64,000 bases of DNA, from NCBI RefSeq assembly GCF_009914755.1, contig NC_060943.1; one strand, given 5' to 3'. Each line of letters opens with the position of its first letter. Position 1 is the stretch's first letter. A program made the translations under genes and the position numbers. The notes under the pieces were generated by a model that was given only the letters and a program-made list of their open reading frames with translations, was not told the origin of the DNA and made no database searches. This document shows, piece after piece, positions 50,446-64,000 of this stretch. This stretch comes from the human T2T-CHM13v2.0 reference genome, Homo sapiens.

Positions 50446-51098
50446 CTTTTTTTTTTTTTTTTTTGAGATGGAATCTCGCTCTGTCGTCCAGGCTGGAGTG
50501 CAGTGGTGTGATCTCGGCTCACTGCAACCTCTGCCTCCCAGGTTCAAGCAATTCTCCTGCCCTGCCTCAGCCTGGCTCTTTTTTTTAATTCTTTTTTTTT
50601 GAGACAGAGTCTCACTGTGTCACCCAGGCTGGAATGCAGTGGCACGATCTCGGCTCACCACAACCTCACCTCCTGGGTTCAAGTGATTCTCCTGTCTCAG
50701 TCTCCCAGGTAGCTGGGACTACAGGCATGTGCTACCATGCCCGGCTAATTTTTTGTATTTTTTTTAGTAGAGATGGGGTTTCACCATGTTAGCCAGGATG
50801 GTCTCGATCTCCTGACCTCGTGATCCGCCCGCCTTGGCCTCCCAAAGTGCTGGGATTACAGGCATGAGCCACCGTGCCCGGCCTATCTGGCCTTTTAATA
50901 CAAACTTTGCTGACCCCTGCCGAGCCAGCCCGCCTGGATTCAAATGCCTATGCTGCTGCTTACTGGCTGGAGAAGGTGGCTTTATCTCTAGTCTTCATTT
51001 TGTCCATCTCTAAAATGGAAGAATAGTACCAACTGCAAAGGGTGACTGTTAGGGTTAAATGAGTTGATACTTGTATAAAGTGCTTAAAACAGTGCCTA

Positions 51099-51275
<177 letters not shown>

Positions 51276-51278
51276 TCA

Positions 51279-51383
<105 letters not shown>

Positions 51384-52414
51384 TCAAAATTAAACAACAA
51401 CAGCAAAAACAACAAAAATCCCACACACACACACACACAAAAACACGTGGAATGCACTTGATGAGTAGGGAGTAGAGGATGGTGATGTCCTCGGTTCCTG
51501 TTGTCCCACCCGCCTGCCCCAGCCTCCCCAGCAAATGTTTAGCCCAGCCCATGGGAAAAATCCATTTAATTATTGTCATGGCTGGATTCCCATCTCCTAG
51601 AGGAGTCCAGACTCATAGTCATGCATTATTTCTCCATCTGGGGCACCTGTCCAAGCCCAAGGCTTCCCTGCTGGCCCCTGGTCTTCCAGTAGCCAGCTGG
51701 GCCTTAGGGCTGGGCCTGGAGCCGATCTGGAACCACAGCCAAATCATGAAAGCCAAGGTCAGCCAGCCCCCAAATCAGTCGAGCCCAATTCACTAAAAAG
51801 AGACTCAAGTCATGACATGAGCCAGCGACCGTGCGGCCCCCAGCTGGGGCTTTTCTGCCATTCCCAGTGGGCAGAAGTTGACTTCAATTGCATCTTTCTG
51901 GGACATCAGAGGTGAGATTTAATCTCTCAGGCAACTGGTCCTGGAACTGGGGAGGACGGAGTTTAGTAATTTGAGATGTGGGATACTGTAGAGATATGGT
52001 GAGCTTAGCTCTTGCCAGTATGCGAGGGGCCAAGACTGAGTGTGGGGGGATGGGGCCATATCTTAGCGCTTCCTGGTGGAATATTTACAGAGCACACACG
52101 GGCTCTTAGCTGTCATCACCCTGCTTCAGAGAATGACACAGGGCAAAGGGCTTTAAACATATCTTCTATAGAAAATCCCAAACATATTCAAAAGTAGAGA
52201 GAATTGTAAAAAACCCCTACGCATACCGATCACCGAATTGACATCTTCAAATCACAATTCATCTTGTTTCTTCTATACTCCACCCATTGTCTCTCTTTTG
52301 TGATATTATCTGCTGTTGACGATCATTGCCAGGATCTATTAATTCATTAGTAGGAATAACATAATGACATTTGAGTGATAATATTCCTCCTTCATGTATT
52401 AGCTGAAATACTTC

Positions 52415-61178
<8,764 letters not shown>

Positions 61179-61989
61179 TTACTGGGTCATTCAGACGAAG
61201 TAATACCACATTACTTTTTTACTGTGGTAAAATACACATAACATACAATTTACCATTTTAGCCATTTTTACGCGTACAGTTCTAGGGCACTGAGTACATT
61301 CACGTTGTGCAACCATCACCACCAGCCATCTCCAAAACTTTTTGGCTTCCCCAGCTGAAACTCTGTCCCCGTTAAACATTAACTTCCTATTCCCTACTCC
61401 CCGCCAAGCCCCTGGCAACCATCATTCTACTTTCTGTCTCTATGAATTTGACTGCTGTAGTTACTTCATATCAATAGAATCATACAATATTTGTCCTTGT
61501 GACTGGCTTATTTCACTTTCCTATAATAAGATAAACGCATATATAATTCAGCCAGATATTGCCAGTTTTCTCTCCCCAGGGATTACTTTGCATTCTCCAT
61601 TAGTTAAGCATGTGAGTGTGTAAAATACTCCCAAGCCTTTTCATTTGACCTGGCAGACTCCTATATATTCTTTAAAACCCACCTCTGGCTGGGCGCGGTG
61701 GCTCAAGCCTGGAATCCCAACAATCTGGGAGGCTGAGATTAATAAGGGAATTTACACAACACTTTCCTGAGGACAGACCACGTTCACACCTACCTCCCTG
61801 TTGGAGCCTCAGGACCACCTTAAGAGGGAAGGAGGAGGACCACTCCCATTTTACAGTTGAGAAAAATGAAGCACAGAGACGCTAAGATGTGTACCTAAGG
61901 CCACAGAGCTGGTGTCAGAGCCAGGCCTAGATACCTACCTGCCTGCTTTTCCTGAAGGGGAATTCTTATTAACAGAGGGACAAGGTTGC

Positions 61990-62350
61990 TTCTGATAGGC
62001 TGTAGGAGCCGGGGTGCAGTAGGGGGTGGGGGTGGGGGGAAGGGGAGGGAAGAATCTGATTGGCCGAGGAACCAAAAAGTGGAAGTAGTTGGTAGGGTGG
62101 GTAGACAAGCAAAGTCTGATTGGCTGGAAAGTAGGATATGGAAGTCTGATTGGGTGAGAGTTAAGAGAGTAGTTTAATTGACTAAGGCAGACTCTGATTG
62201 ACTGAGGGGTTGGAGAGCAGCGTTTAGTTGCGGGAGGGGGAAGAGGGCGGAGTCTAATCGGATGAAAAACAGGAGACTGGGGTTTGATTGACTGAGGGAT
62301 ATGAGAGCATTTAATTTGCTGAGGTGTGGGAGGGTGGAATCTGATTGGCT
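61990..62350. repeat. Degenerate ~30-bp repeat built on CTGATTGG (CCAAT box)
   Basis: ATTGG at 62059, 62119, 62149, 62344; variants in register between them. Confidence 0.7.
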
Positions 62351-62772
62351 GGGGGAAACTCAGCATGAAGTTTCCCCGGGGGTGTTAGCAATGTCATTTC
62401 TGCTCTCCTTCACAAATCCCGTGTCTCTGGGCCCTGGTAGAAGGAGGTGGAGATTAATCTCCTAGGACTATGGGGAAATGGAGGCAGATGTGTGTGGAGG
62501 AGGGGAGGGGGCTGAGTCACTCCAGGCAAAGGCCAGAGAGGACACCTCCCCAACCATACCTGCTGAGAAAGAATCTTGTTCTCCACCTCCCATCACGCCT
62601 CCTGCAGAGTGACCACTAGGATTTATGGCCCAGAAGAGAGAGGTGTCACCCAGCCCCTCTATAATTCCCAGGGAGGAAGCAGGGGTCCTCTTCATTCCTT
62701 CCCCTTCCCCAGCAGAACCCCTTCTCCCCAATCCTTTCCCTTCCTAGGGGACCACACTCTTCATCTCTCTAG

Positions 62773-63565
<793 letters not shown>

Positions 63566-64000
63566 AACCTCCAGCCTAAATGATGCCCAGGTGGAAAACC
63601 TTGGAGTTACATCCAGTCTGTCAGCAAATCCCATCAGCTCCACCTTTTATTAAACAAATCCCAAACTCTACCACCTTTCACAACTCTAAGTTCCTTCAGG
63701 GTTGGGCAGTGAGGAAGCAAGCTCTTGCTCCCCGTTTACTCTGTTCATGATATTGCAGCCAGAGGAAGCCTGTTAAAACCTCTCAGGGGACATCCCTTCT
63801 CTGCCTAGAACCCTGTATGGCTCCCACCTTCCTCAGAGTAATAACCTAAGCCCTCTCAGTGGTCCCCCAGGTCCTAGACAACCTGTCCTGTCACTTCCCT
63901 GCATTTATCTCCTCCCGGTATCCCCCTCACTCACTCTGCTGCAGCTTCAATGGCCTCTTGACTGTTCTTTAAGGCATGGTCCAGCCTCAGGTCCTTTACA

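Overview
Human (primate) genomic DNA, recognisable as the chr19p13.12 WIZ-RASAL3-PGLYRP2 interval. All three genes are on the minus strand. WIZ: the 5' half (exon 1 in a CpG island at ~12.8 kb to the start of a zinc-finger exon at position 1). RASAL3: complete, 18 exons; the splice-checked CDS is 3036 nt = 1011 aa. PGLYRP2: complete, 5 exons; 576 aa, or 634 aa by intron-4 read-through. MIR1470 lies antisense in WIZ intron 1. The rest is very Alu-rich, with a 5'-truncated L1PA, an older L1 in PGLYRP2 intron 2, a MER41A-type solo LTR, and Tigger2, MER20, MER53, MIR and L2 fragments. I found no new protein system. The least explained signals are: (1) two gap-free, ~88%-identical 'echoes' of coding exons pasted into nearby introns of their own genes (RASAL3 exon 13; PGLYRP2 exon 2), plus three other local duplications; (2) a ~30-bp-periodic CCAAT array with a TATA-like box and splice donors ~19.5 kb upstream of PGLYRP2; (3) a perfect triple-half-site DR5 (RARE-like) element and two ACAATG uORFs at WIZ; (4) a phase-coupled alternative-splicing module in WIZ. 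Exon boundaries were read by hand from GT/AG and phase. TSSs, repeat boundaries and subfamily names are approximate.
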